Origin: Macrostomum lignano
Taxonomy: Eukaryota
DNA length: 49,967 nucleotides
Direction of reading: 5' to 3'
Assembly: GCA_002269645.1 (NCBI GenBank)
Contig: NIVC01003199.1
Coordinates: 1-49,967 of the forward strand
A program made the translations under genes and the position numbers. Below are positions 11,055 to 24,000 of the stretch, piece by piece (positions within the stretch are counted from its first letter, which is position 1; each line of letters starts with the position of its first letter). The notes under the pieces are model-generated. The model searched no databases. It saw nothing but the letters and a program-made list of their open reading frames with translations, and was not told where the DNA came from.

Positions 11055-11430
11055 TTTCTGTAGTCTATGTATGGCCAGGCCTAAGTGGGGAATATATACA
11101 TTTCTGTAGTCTTTGGCCAGGCCCAAGTGGGAAATAAATACATTTCTGTAGTCTATGGCCAGGCCGAAGCGGGGAATAAATACATTTCTGTAGTCTTTGG
11201 CCAGGCCTAAGTGGGGAATAAATACGTTTCTGTAGTCTATGGCCAGGCCGAAGTGGGAAATAAATACATTTCTGTAGTCTATGGCCAGACCCAAGTGGGG
11301 AATAAATACATTTCTGTAGTCTATGGCCAGGCCCAAGTGGGGAATAAATAAATTTCTGTAGTCTATGGCCAGGCCGAAGTGGGGAATAAATACATTTCTG
11401 TAGTCTATGGCCAGGCCCAAGTGGGGAATA
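11055..11430 (+). repeat. 42-bp minisatellite, ~9 copies
   Basis: Unit TTTCTGTAGTCTATGGCCAGGCCCAAGTGGGGAATAAATACA; produces spurious 14-aa periodic ORFs. Confidence 0.95.
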
Positions 11431-12037
11431 AATATAAATATAATTCTCCACATTCTAGTAGACTAGTTTTGTAAGCTACTAAAAAAGCTATAATTGCATA
11501 TTAAATAGTAAATTTTTGTTTAACTTAACGGTTCAAACAGTTGATAATAAAGATTATATAAATTGATTATAGCATATTAGAATGGCTGACGAACTTATAG
11601 ACTGTGATGACTGACTAGCCATAGGAAAAAGTAACGCAAAACGGCTAGATTTTTTGTTTTCAAAAACTAAGAAAAAAGCAAATGGTTTATGAGACAGCTG
11701 TGATTTAATTAAAAACGCACACACAGCAATAAATTTATGATGCACACACATGGTAACTAAGCAAGCTGCAGAGGAACACAACAAAAGACACAAAAAGCAA
11801 ACGAAAAGCAAGGCATAATTACAATACGCAGTTCAATTGTTATTATATATATATTAGTAAACAGTTCTTATAAAACAAAGATGTTGTAGTAACTTCAATC
11901 AACTCCCATATTGCAACAATTTCAATCACAGGGCAATATTATTATTATTATTATTCTTAAAGGGATTAATTTTGATATAATAACAAACACTAAGCTTGAA
12001 ACGATGGAAGTGCAAGATACGAGCTGTTCCCAGTCAC

Positions 12038-15000
12038 TCAAATATCGCTCTCGTGATGCTTATTGCCCTTCTTCCTATTGTCTATGGTTGACATGCTGAA
12101 ATCGTTCACATTGTCGTCAAGAATTTTGTCCTCCTTGCTGAAGCCCGTCTGCTGGTAGATGATGTCATTTAGTAGCTGAAATGAAAAACAATGCGACAAT
12201 AAAACCAAGGTCAGTTTCTTCAGTTGTGACACTTGCGGATGAAGAAAATAGAAATGATTTTTTTGTTCTGTAGAGTCTATGGCCAGAACTCTCCTTTCTA
12301 GCTTTGATCTGCTGTCTATGGCCAGAACTCTCCTTTCTAGCTTTGATCTGCTGTCTATGGCCAGAACTCTCCTTTCTAGCTCTGATCTGCTGTCTATGGC
12401 CAGAACTCTCCTTTCTAGCTTTGATCTGCTGTCTATGGCCAGAAATCTCCTTTCTAGCTTTGATCTGCTGTCTATGGCCATAACTTTTATTTCTAGCTTT
12501 GATATGCTGTCTATGGCCAGAACTTTCATTTCCAGCTTTGATATGCTGTCTATGGCCAGAACTTTCATTTCCAGCTTTGATCTGCTGTCTATGGCCAGAA
12601 CTTTCATTTCTAGCTTTGATATGCTGTCTATGGCCAGAACTTTCATTTCTAGCTTTGATCTGCTGTCTATGGCCAGAACTTTCATTTTCAGCTTCGATAT
12701 GCTGTCTATGGCCAGAACTTTCATTTCTAGCTTTGATATGCTGTCTATGGCCATAACTTTTATTTCTAGCTTTGATCTGCTGTCTATGGCCAGAACTTTC
12801 ATTTCTAGCTTTGATCTGCTGTCTATGGCCAAAACAGACAGACATTTAATCTTAGAATTTGATAGCAATAAATATGCTCAATAGATAGAAGCTGACGAGG
12901 CTGTTAAAAATGGCTATAAAGCGAGTGACCAATCAAATCTAGATCATAAAAAGCTATTAATACTACTTACATCGTCATCTTCGCCCTCCTCGGATACGAT
13001 TAGATTGCGTCTAGCGGCAGCTTTCGACTCGGTCTTGCGCACTGATGGCATTGGAGCTCCATTTAGCTGGTGGAGGTTGTCGATTTGGTGGCATTGATTA
13101 AATAAGCTTGGATCTATTAATAGTAGCACTTTCTATATATCAGTGTCTTTCGATCCATCTCACCCCTGTATCTCAGAGTCTAATCTCACCCCCTGTATCT
13201 TAGAGTCTATATCTCACCCATGTATCTCAGAGTCTATATCTCACCCATGTATCTCAGAGTCTATATCTCACCCCTGTATCTCAGAGTCTATATCTCACCC
13301 CTGTATCTCAGTCTATATCTCTCCCCCTGTATCTCAGAGTCTATATCTCACCCCTGTATCTCAGAGTCTATATCTCGCCCCTGTATCTCAGAGTCTATAT
13401 CTCACCCCTGTATCTCAGAGTCTATATCTCTCCCCCTGTATCTCAGAGTCTATATCTCGCCCCTGTATCTCAGAGTCTATATCTCACCCCTGTATCTCAG
13501 AGTCTATATCTCACTCCCTGTATCCCACAGTTTTTATCTCACCCCTGTATCTCAAAGTCTATATCTAACCCTGAGTCTCCCTGTAACTCAGGGGTCTCCC
13601 TGTATCTCAGGGGTCTCCCTGTATCTCAGGGGTCTCCCTGTATCTCAGGGGTCTCCCTGTATCTCAGGGGTCTCCCTGTATCTCAGGGGTCTCCCTGTAT
13701 CATTCCCCCCTCAACCCCCATGGCCCAGTCCTGTATCGCTCACAGATTTCTCTCGCCGCTCAGTCCCGGCAGCGCCAGCGGGCTCAATCTCATCAGTTGG
13801 ATGCTCATCATAGCATGGCGGTCCGTGCGATCCGTGAGTCTCCACCACTTTGCTAGTGACAACCTGGCGCACCTGTTTCCGTTTGACAATTCGTTTAGTG
13901 ACCTTGTTGCCATGCTCATCCGTGTAGGTTTCCACCTCTTCGACTGGGTCGCCGACTTGTTCGCTCTGTTAAATACAAATTCAGAAAGATGAAAGTCTGT
14001 GACTACTAGCAGTAGGGAAAATGCTAAATATGTTTAAAAAAAAACGGAAAAGCTACTAACATTAATCAAATGATAGAACAGAACTACAGATCGACATATA
14101 GGTACAAAATTAATATAAACATGCTATACGAATACTTACATATAAATAATAAAAGAAAATATAAACAGAGCCATGCACAAAAAACTGCAAAAACGCAAGA
14201 AATCGCTTAAGAATCATTTTATAATCGATAAAAACGGCAGACGACCACACAGGAAGGTTGTAAGCCAGGGATCGGCAAACTCCGGCTCTCGGGTCCTTCG
14301 ATCAACTTCGCAATAGCAATTCAGTCAGCTTAAGGTTTGTGTCTCTTTTCGCCTCCTTCTCTTTTCTCTTTTCTTATAATATGAGATATTCGACATATCG
14401 GCACTTTGCTTAACACATCTCTGCATTACTGCATCATTTTCTCTCCTCCCTCTGTCTTTTCTCCTCTTTCCCTTCTCCCCTATCTCCTCTCTTCTCCTTC
14501 CTCTCTCCCGTCTTTTCTCTTTTCCTTCTGTCTTCTCTCCTCTCTCCCTTTTTCTCCCCTTTCCTCTCTCCCCTCTTCTCTCCTCCCCCTGTCTTCTCTC
14601 CTCTCTTCTTTTTCCTCTCTCCCTTCTCCTCTCCTCCCCCCTGTCTTCTCTCCTCTCTTCTTTTTCCTCTCTCCCTTCTCCTCTCCTCCCCCTGTCTTCT
14701 CTCCTCTCTTCTTTTTCCTCTCTCCCTTCTCCTCTCCTCCCCCTGTCTTCTCTCCTCTCTCCCTTTTTCTCCCCTTTCCTCTCTCCCCTCTTCTCTCCTC
14801 CCCCTGTCTTCTCTCCTCTCTTCTTTTTCCTCTCTCCCTTCTCCTCTCCTCCCCCCTGTCTTCTCTCCTCTCTTCTTTTTCCTCTCTCCCTTCTCCTCTC
14901 CTCTCCCTGTCTTCTCTCCTCTCTTCTTTTTCCTCTCTCCCTTCTCCTCTCCTCCCCCCTGTCTTCTCTCCTCTCTTCTTTTTCCTCTCTCCCCTCTCCT

Positions 15001-18000
15001 CTCCTCCCCCCTGTCTTCTCTCCTCTCTTCTTTTTCCTCTCTCCCCTCTCCTCTCCTCCCCCCTGTCTTCTCTCCTCTCTTCTTTTTCCTCTCTCCCCTC
15101 TCCTCTCCTCCCCCCTGTCTTCTCTCCTCTCTTCTTTTTCCTCTCTCCCCTCTCCTCCCCTCCCCCCTGTCTTCTCTCCTCTCTTCTTTTTCCTCTCTCC
15201 CCTCTCCTCTCCTCCCCCCTGTCTTCTCTCCTCTCTTCTTTTTCCTCTCTCCCCTCTCCTCTCCTCCCCCTGTCTTCTCTCCTCTCTTCTTTTTCCTCTC
15301 TCCCTTCTCCTCTCCTCCCCCTGTCTTCTCTCCTCTCTTCTTTTTCCTCTCTCCCCTCTCCTCTCCTCCCCCTGTCTTCTCTCCTCTCTTCTTTTTCCTC
15401 TCTCCCCTCTCCTCTCCTCCCCCTGTCTTCTCTCCTCTCTTCTTTTTCCTCTCTCTCCATTCCTCTCCTCCCCCTGTCTTCTCTCCTCTCTTCTTTTTCC
15501 TCTCTCCCCTCTCCTCTCCTCCCCCTGTCTTCTCTCCTCTCTTCTTTTTCCTCTCTCCCCTCTCCTCTCCCCCCTGTCTTCTCTCCTCTCTTCTTTTTCC
15601 TCTCTCCCCTCTCCTCTCCTCCCCCTGTCTTCTCTCCTCTCTTCTTTTTCCTCTCTCCCCTCTCCTCTCCTCCCCCTGTCTTCTCTCCTCTCTTCTTTTT
15701 CCTCTCTCCCCTCTCCTTTCGCTTCTCCCTCCCCTATTATCTCCTCACATCCTCCATCTTTTCTCTCATCCTACCTGCGTATCGCTTCTGCCCACCCCTC
15801 TCTCCTCTTATCTACTATTCCCTCTCCTTATCAGTCTAATCTGGCCCGCGGCCATGAGCTGGATTCTTTACTATCTAGCCATTGGCTTAAGGTAAAAAAG
15901 TTTGCAGACCCACTTGCTATAAACAATGATACGTGCATCAAGCAAGGTAAACTACAGGAGGGTAATAGAGGTACAATTAGTAGGCTAGGAAGCTAATAAA
16001 CCGGCTCTAATCCAGATACGCAAGCAGCTAGCAAAGGATTACTTGAGTGACAAAGGTTCGCTCTTTCGGATCGCCCTGGAAATGATGATGATGCTTCGGA
16101 TAGCCCTGATGCTCGCAGCCTCCTCCGTCGCCTGCGGCACCGGCCTCGGCCATCTCCATCATGGCCATGGACTTGGAGATATTGTCATCGGAGTAGTCCG
16201 CAGGCTTTTATTGGAAAAAAATAAGTACGCATTGAACTTTTCAAGTGATAAAATTTTATTAGGGGACATTTGAAGGTCACGGATACAAACAAGACAATGT
16301 ACTGTTGATCAGACAGTCGCTATAAACTCTCTCACCTCCGTTCGGTGCTCGTGAACGGCAGTTCCACCACCGCCGCCATTGTAGCCGCCGTGCAATTGGC
16401 CGGCGTGAATCTGCTGCTTGTTCTCACGGATGACGTCATATTTGTGATCAACAGACGGCAGGTTGGAGTTCTGCGTTGCGTGATTGGTTGAGATTATTTT
16501 AGAGACAAGTGAAGCGAAGAATTTCAACAATTATATATTGCAGTTACAGCTTATCACCACCCAGCTTACCCTCTTTGTGAGGCTTTCCTGAAGCATTCTA
16601 GGATCAACGTAGGTAAATCCTTTGGACTTGCGCTGCAATGCAATTTGTGACGGGTGATGATTAGGGATCTGTGTAGATTGCTTAGGGATCTGTGCAGATT
16701 GCTTAGGGATCTGTGTAGATTGCTTAGGGATCTGTGTAGATTGCTTAGGGATCTGTGTAGATTGCTTAGGGATCTGTGTAGATTGCTTAGGGATCTGTGC
16801 AGATTGCTTAGGGATCTGAGTAGATTGCTTAGGGATCTGTGTAGATTGCTTAGGGATCTGTGTAGATTGCTTAGGGATCTGTGTAGATTGCTTTGGGATC
16901 TGTGTAGATTGCTTAGGGATCTGTGTAGATTGCTAAGGGATCTGAGTAGATTGCTTAGGGATCTGTGTAGATTGCTTAGGGATCTGTGTAGATTGCTTTG
17001 GGATCTGTGTAGATTGCTTTGGGATCTGTGTAGATTTCTTAGTGATCTGTGTAGGGGACCACTAAAAAGGGATCTGTGGGGATCACTAATAAGGGATCTG
17101 TGGGGATCACTAAAAAGGGATCTGTGGGGATCACTAACAAGGGATCTGTGGGGATCACTAAAAAGGGATCTGTGGGGATCACTAAAAAGGGATCTGTGGG
17201 GATCACTAACAAGGGATCTGTGGGGATCACTAATAAGGGATCTGTGGGGACCACAAAAAAGGGATCTGTGGGGATCACTAAAAAGGGATCTGTGGGGATC
17301 ACTAATAAGGGATCTGTGGGGACCACAAAAAAGGGATCTGTGGGGATCACTAATAAGGGATCTGTGGGGATCACTAAAAAGGGATCTGTGGGGACCACTA
17401 AAAAGGGATCTGTGGGGATCACTAAAAAGGGATCTGTGGGGATCACTAATAAGGGATCTGTGGGGATCACTAATAAGGGATCTGTGGGGATCACTAACAA
17501 GGGATCTGTGGGGATCACTAATAAGGGATCTGTGGGGACCACTAACAAGGGATCTGTGGGGACCACTAAAAAGGGATCTGTGGGGATCTTAAAAGATCTG
17601 ATGGGGATTTTTATGATCCCAACCAGTTTTTTAGGATTGACTTCAATTTTGAAGGGATTTTTGGGAACTATTATAGATAGGAATAATTTCAAGATTTAGG
17701 GCTAAGTTTAAAGAATGATACACAATAGAAATCAGCACTCACGTCCATAACTCCGGTCTTTCCGCTTCGCCGTACGGAATCCTCGCTAGCCAGACACACT
17801 GGAGTCCACTCGTCGCCAGGAGGATATTTGAAGGGCGTCTGGCCGAGATTGACAAACAGAGTCTGGTCCCGCATGCTCACTGTGGGATAGAATGCCTCCT
17901 GGCTGAGCACTTGGCTGGGCAGCTGGTAGGCGGGGCCCATCAGGGCGCTGTTGCGAGCGAACTGCATCTGGCCGTGGTCCAGATCTAAGAAGCAGCCAAC

Positions 18001-21000
18001 AACGTCGCCTTTGCCAAACGGTTCGCCATAGCTGTCAATCTCGTCTGAGTGCATCTTTTTGCCTTGATTGCCGGCCAGCCCGAAGCCGTCGGGATCGGCG
18101 CCGTAGCCCCAGCCGGCGGCGTCTCGGCCGATGTCCAGGCCGCCCGACTCGGTGGTCCAGCCGGCTCTGGACAGGCCGCGGGCCTCCTGCGGCTCCACCT
18201 CGTAGTAGAACCGGCCGCCAGCCCGACCGCGGAGACCTTTGTTGGCGCGGACGCCCTGGTTGGTGTTGACGGTTGGATGACTGATTTATGCTTGATTGAT
18301 GACTGGTTGATGACGATTGACAAGAGGTTGATGATGGTTGATGATGGCTGATGATGATTGATGATGATTGTTGATGGTCAATGATGATTGATGATAGCTA
18401 ATGGTGTTTGGTGATGATTGATGACGGTTGATAATAGATTTACAGTGAGAGCTGATAGATAACTGATTGCTAGTTGACTATAGATGCCGGCTGATGCAAA
18501 TGCACAACAGTTGCAACTCCCGCGCCCACCTGCCAGCCGAAGCCCAGCTGACTCTGCGCAGAGGCACCGTCGGGTCCCAGCGTCAGTCCGGGGCCGCTGG
18601 TGTCGTGCTGATTCAGCCGCCAGGCGCGCGGATTCTCGGCCTGTTGATTGGCCGGCGCCAAACCGACGGGCCGCCAGACGCCGGCCGGCCGGTACAGCAG
18701 CGGCCTGGCCGGATCGTCGCCGAAGTTCCAGTGGGCGGCGGCGCCGGGGGCGAGGCAGGCGGCCGGGTAGAACACCTCACGGCGCATGTCGTGCGGCAAT
18801 TCGTAGGCGAGGCCCAACTCTTTGCCATTGACTGAGTACAGCACAGAGCCGCCGTCTAAGTCGACGAAAACTCCGACAACGTCGCCGCTGGCTAGACGAT
18901 CGCCGTAGGCCTCGGCGACGCCGCGGTTGTACTTTTCGCCGTTGGCCCCGTAGCCGAAACCGTGGGCGTCGTCGCCTAGGCGCAGACTGGCGGAGCTGGT
19001 CGACCAGCCAACTCTGGCTGGCACAGGCTGATCGCCGGCAGGTGTTGCCATGGTAACCGTGGCTTCGTAGTACCACTGGCCGCCGTTGCAAACTCCGCGA
19101 TCGGTACGGCAGCCCTGGGATAGGAATGCGTCATTGTTGATAAATGCAGTTTTTAATACCATTGACTCTATCAAATTAAAGTACACGTGTGACTAAAGTA
19201 CAAATGTGCCAGTTCTAGAGTACAGATGTATTAGTTTAAAAGTTTTTTATTACAGGGTCGCCACACACACCCTCAATTACCCTAGCTAAAACCTGATACC
19301 CATTTTGCAGCTGGGTGAACTGAAGCAATGCAGAGTTACGAGTAAGTGTCTTGCTTAAGGACACGAGTTGTTCCAAGTAGGTTGATAATCGAATCCCCGA
19401 CTTTTCAGTGGTAAGCCCGACACTAAACTACTAGGCTGAAATCCCTCAAAACACACACTAGTACACATGTACTAGTTCAAAAAGTACACATGTACTAGTT
19501 CAAAAAGTACACATGCACTAGTTCAAAAAGTACACATGTACTAGTTCAAAAAGTACACATGCACTAATTCAAAAAGTACACATGTACTTGTTCAAAAAGT
19601 ACACATGTACTAGTTCAAAAAGTACACATGTACTAGTTCAAAAAGTACACATGTACTAGTTCAAAAAGTACACATGTACTAGCTCAAAAAGCACATTTAA
19701 ATAGTGAACACAGCAGAGCTTATAGCTGATGGAAAATTAAAGCAGCTCACCTGCCAATCAGGCGCCCCGACGGGACAGGCGCCAACTGATCGGCCAGAGT
19801 CCAGACTGGCTGACAGCATTGGCTCAGCGTCGGCCGGAGACATGTGCCAACGGGACGGCCGTTCAACCACCAGCTCAGGTCGACGGTCCATCTGATCGCG
19901 TTGCTGCTGCTGCTGCATTTGCATCTGTTGCTGGCGCCACAAGGTGACGTCGCTAATAGTGCCGTCCCCGGCGCCGCCGTAGATGTTGCCGCGAGATCCG
20001 TTGGCAGCGGCGGCTCGCAGCTCGCGATTGTAGGCGTCCTCTGAGGAATTTGAATTCAATGTTACAAGGATTTGCAATTTGGAATGAAATTGAAGCCTGC
20101 AGCATTGAGACTTAATTTTGAAGGATTTTATACCTGAGAAGGGTTTTGGATTAGGGATTTGGGGAGGATTATGGATAAGAAAATTATGGAGTTGAATAGG
20201 ATTAGGGACTTGAGGAGGATTAGGGATTTGAGAACTAGGGATTTTAAAAGGATTGGGGATTTAAAGACTACGGATTTAAATAGGATTAGGGATTTGAGGA
20301 AGATTAGGGATTTGAGGACGACTAGGGATTTGAATAGGATTAAGGATTTGAGGAGGAGGATTAGGGATTTAAAGACTACGGATTTGAATAGGATTAGGGA
20401 TCTGGGGAGGACTAGGGATTTAAAAAGGATTACGGATTCGAAGATAATTAGAGATTTGAAGTCAACTACAGAATTATACTGAAGTATAAGGACAGTCAGA
20501 GAAATTGAGATTCAATACCAAGGATTTTGAATTTGAAGGATTTTGGATTTGAAGGGGCTCAGGGTTCGGGATTCTTAACTGGGATTCGAATTGCATAATA
20601 TTTGAATCACACCTTTCTGTCTGAAGCTCTTGCGCATATCGCTAGTAACGGGCATCTCCTGATAGTTGCCGTAGGTCTGATCGTTGAGCTGGTCGCGAGT
20701 CGGCCCAGTGTAATTCCATTTGTTCTTGAATGTGCCAGGAATCAGCGGCTTGGACGGCTTCTCCGGCGATTTGAGTCTGCGCGGGTTGAGCCATAGTAAC
20801 GGATTAGGCGAGCTTTAGATTGTGCAGAGATGAATACGGTAGGGAATTAACAATGACTATAGGGAGAGGCCGATGGGACGGCTCAGAGGGAAATAACAGC
20901 TTGGATAATCCAGGCATTAATCCAGTAGATATTATTGATTATCTAAGGGTTAATCCAGTAGGGATTATCGATAAAGGATTATTGATTATTGAAGAATTAA

Positions 21001-24000
21001 CCAGTAGAGATTATCTATAATCCAAGATTATTGATTATCTAAGGATTAATCCGGTAGAGATTATCGATAATCCAACGATTATTGATTATCTAAGGATTAA
21101 TTCAGTAGAGATGATCTATATTTAAGGATTATTGATTATTCAATAAAGATTATTGATTATCCAGTAAAGATTACCGATAATCCAAGGATTATTGATTATT
21201 GAAGGATTAATCCAGTAGAGATTATCTATAATCCAAGGATTATTGCTAGTCTAAGGATTAATCCAGTAAAGATTATTGATAATCCGGAAGCGAACGTCAA
21301 TAATCCAAGGATTAACTAAGCAAGGATTAGCCATAATCCAGGGATAAGCACTTCGGGGATGAAAAAAAGTCTTGAACTTCAAGCAAAGCAAAGCGTTAAA
21401 CCAAAGCTCTCAAAGTTATTCCTCACCGGAAGAAGCCGTGATGCTCAACCACAGCCCGCCACAACCGCTTGGCCAGCTTAGCCGAGGCGCACTTGAACTC
21501 AACCACAGTCTCAGCTTTCGAGTCGCGCTCCGACTCAGTCCTGATGCCAATCTTGAGCGTATTCCGCTTATAGGACACTTTGAGAATCTTTGGCCAAGAG
21601 TAGCGACCAATCCGCAGGCTGTTGCGGTACACCAGCACGCCCGAATGATACACGCCAACAAAGACCTCCTCGCCCATGCTGTCCTTGGCCTCGTGCATGT
21701 CCAATCCGTACATAGCCAGCTTCTTGGCATTCTGCAAGAAATGCATATCGGCCTCCTCTGGCGTCATGCCCTGGTGAGTTTTGTGCAACTCGCTGACTCG
21801 TTCCATGAGTTCGCGATGACTGCGGAATTCCTCCGGACAGAATGGACAGTCCTGCAGGTACAGCAGGCTGGTCATCTTCTCGTCGCTTGGCTCGAAATCG
21901 CCGATCTCGGATTGGACAACGTAGCTGCCCAAGATGATGTAGGTGATGAAGGAGCAGGGCAAGGCGTCGGCCATGAGATTCTGGCGAATCTGGAGAGCCA
22001 TGTAGTAGCGGGTGAGATTCTCGCGGAGATTCTCCGGATCGGGCGGATAGAACTTCACCATGAAGTCCAGCTTCCATTCGTTCTCTGCGGATTTTTAGGG
22101 GGGGGGGTGGGTGTCGAGCTGCCTGTTTTGCTGCGGTTAATTAAAGTGCTCTTTGTACTCTAATTTCCCTTTTCTACATCAGAAGCGTCCAGAGTGACAG
22201 TGGCGTGACAATCACGTGACGGTATCGTGGCAATCACGTGACGGTATCGTGACAATCACGTGACAGTATCGTGGCAATCACGTGACAGTATCGTGGCAAT
22301 CACGTGACGGTATTGTGACAATCACGTGACGGTATTGTGACAATCACGTGACAGTGTCGTGACAATCACGTGACAGTGTCGTCGTAATCACGTGACAGTA
22401 TCGTGACAATTATGTGACAGTATCGTGACAATATCGTGACAATCACGTGACAGTATCGTGACAATCACGTGACAGTATTGTGACAAAAAACACGTGATGG
22501 GAGTCAGGATACAAGCTATTTTTACACAATCACTTGACAGACACAAACAACCTGGAAAATTGTATTTTATAGGAAATACGGTACTCTAAGATAACGAAAA
22601 ATATGTTGATAATGCCATAACTATTGATAGAACGGATTTCCAGGCACGCCAAGGAAACTCTCAATAGTAAATACCAAGCAACAATACTGAGATAAAAGTA
22701 CAGCGCTAGGTTCTATAGTATTAGCGGGCAGGCAGACAGACAGACAGATCCCAGACAGGGAGATCGGGGGAGAAATGTACAGAGCAGAGAAGAGGGATAG
22801 AAAAGATCAATGTGGGTTTGGTGGCTCAGCGCGCATCGCATCTGACAGTCCACTCACACTGCTCAAACTTCTTATATAAAAATGTGAGCAATAGGAAATA
22901 CTGTTAGTACGTATGCATCATAATCATTTTTTCTAAAATCTAAATCCCTAAGGGAGATTCCGCTAGGCGCAGAATTGAACCCACCTACCCGACTAAGCCT
23001 TCTACTTAAACTGTGTGTTCCCCCAAAAATGGCAGCCTTAAAAATATCCCTCTTGCATCTGGGGGAGTGAGGGAAACAGAAGGGCTGGGGGATGGGAGGG
23101 GAGACGCGTTAAGGCAGCTCTCTGACTCAGCCAGTGGTGGTTGAGCTGTGCAGAGAAACGTAGAATGCTGTCGATGATTGTGCAGGCAAACCCAATTCAT
23201 CTCCTCATCTGACTGTCCCGACAGACTCCGATAATGCCTTAAACATAGCAATAGTGATCCTCAAGTGTGACCATGATGTGACCGTCAATTTGACTTGCGA
23301 AAGATGAAAATACTGTCATTGTGACCCTTGTGTGTTATTCCAGTCACATTTGACGGTCACATTTGAGGGCCACATGAGTGACCATTTGTTTGGCGGTCAC
23401 ATTTGAGGGCCACATGAGTGACCATTTGTTTGACGGTCACATCGCAGGGTCACATGAGCGACCATTTGTTTGGCGGTCACATTTGAGGGCCACATGAGTG
23501 ACCATTTGTTTGACGGTCACATCGCAGGGTCACATGAGTGACCATTTGTTTGACGGTCACATTTGAGGGCCACATGAGTGACCATTTGTTTGACGGTCAC
23601 ATTTGAGGGCCACATGAGTGACCATTTGTTTGACGGTCACATTTGAGGGCCACATGAGTGACCATTTGTTTGACGGTCACATTTGAGGGCCACATGAGTG
23701 ACCATTTGTTTGACGGTCACATAAGCGACCGTTAATTTGACGGTTACATCCAAGCGTCACAATAAAGGGTCACATGCAATTTGCTTTGTTTTAACTGTCA
23801 TCAAAACGGTCACATAGTCAAAATGTGACCGGTCCCAGTTTTATACAGGACAGAAAGCCGAAAACAGTGAAAGCGAAAGTCGAAATGAGGTCGAATGGGA
23901 AGATGCAAAAGCCCCCCTTCCCCTAATTCCTATAGAACGCCAGACGGGCCTGTTAAGATCTCTTAACAACCCCCTCTAGTTGATGGCTACCAGAGTCGGG

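Noticed and set aside
11046-17699. Long ORFs with periodic peptides (135, 128, 276, 226, 201, 477, 326, 312, 217, 207 aa)
   Set aside because: They are translations of stop-free minisatellite units in introns or 3' flank, open in several frames and on both strands. Only the non-repetitive tail of 12038-12868 is a real exon.
21372-22163. 263-aa plus-strand ORF, and other antisense ORFs over SPRY and CLCA exons
   Set aside because: Antisense shadows of GC-rich coding exons with no independent motifs.
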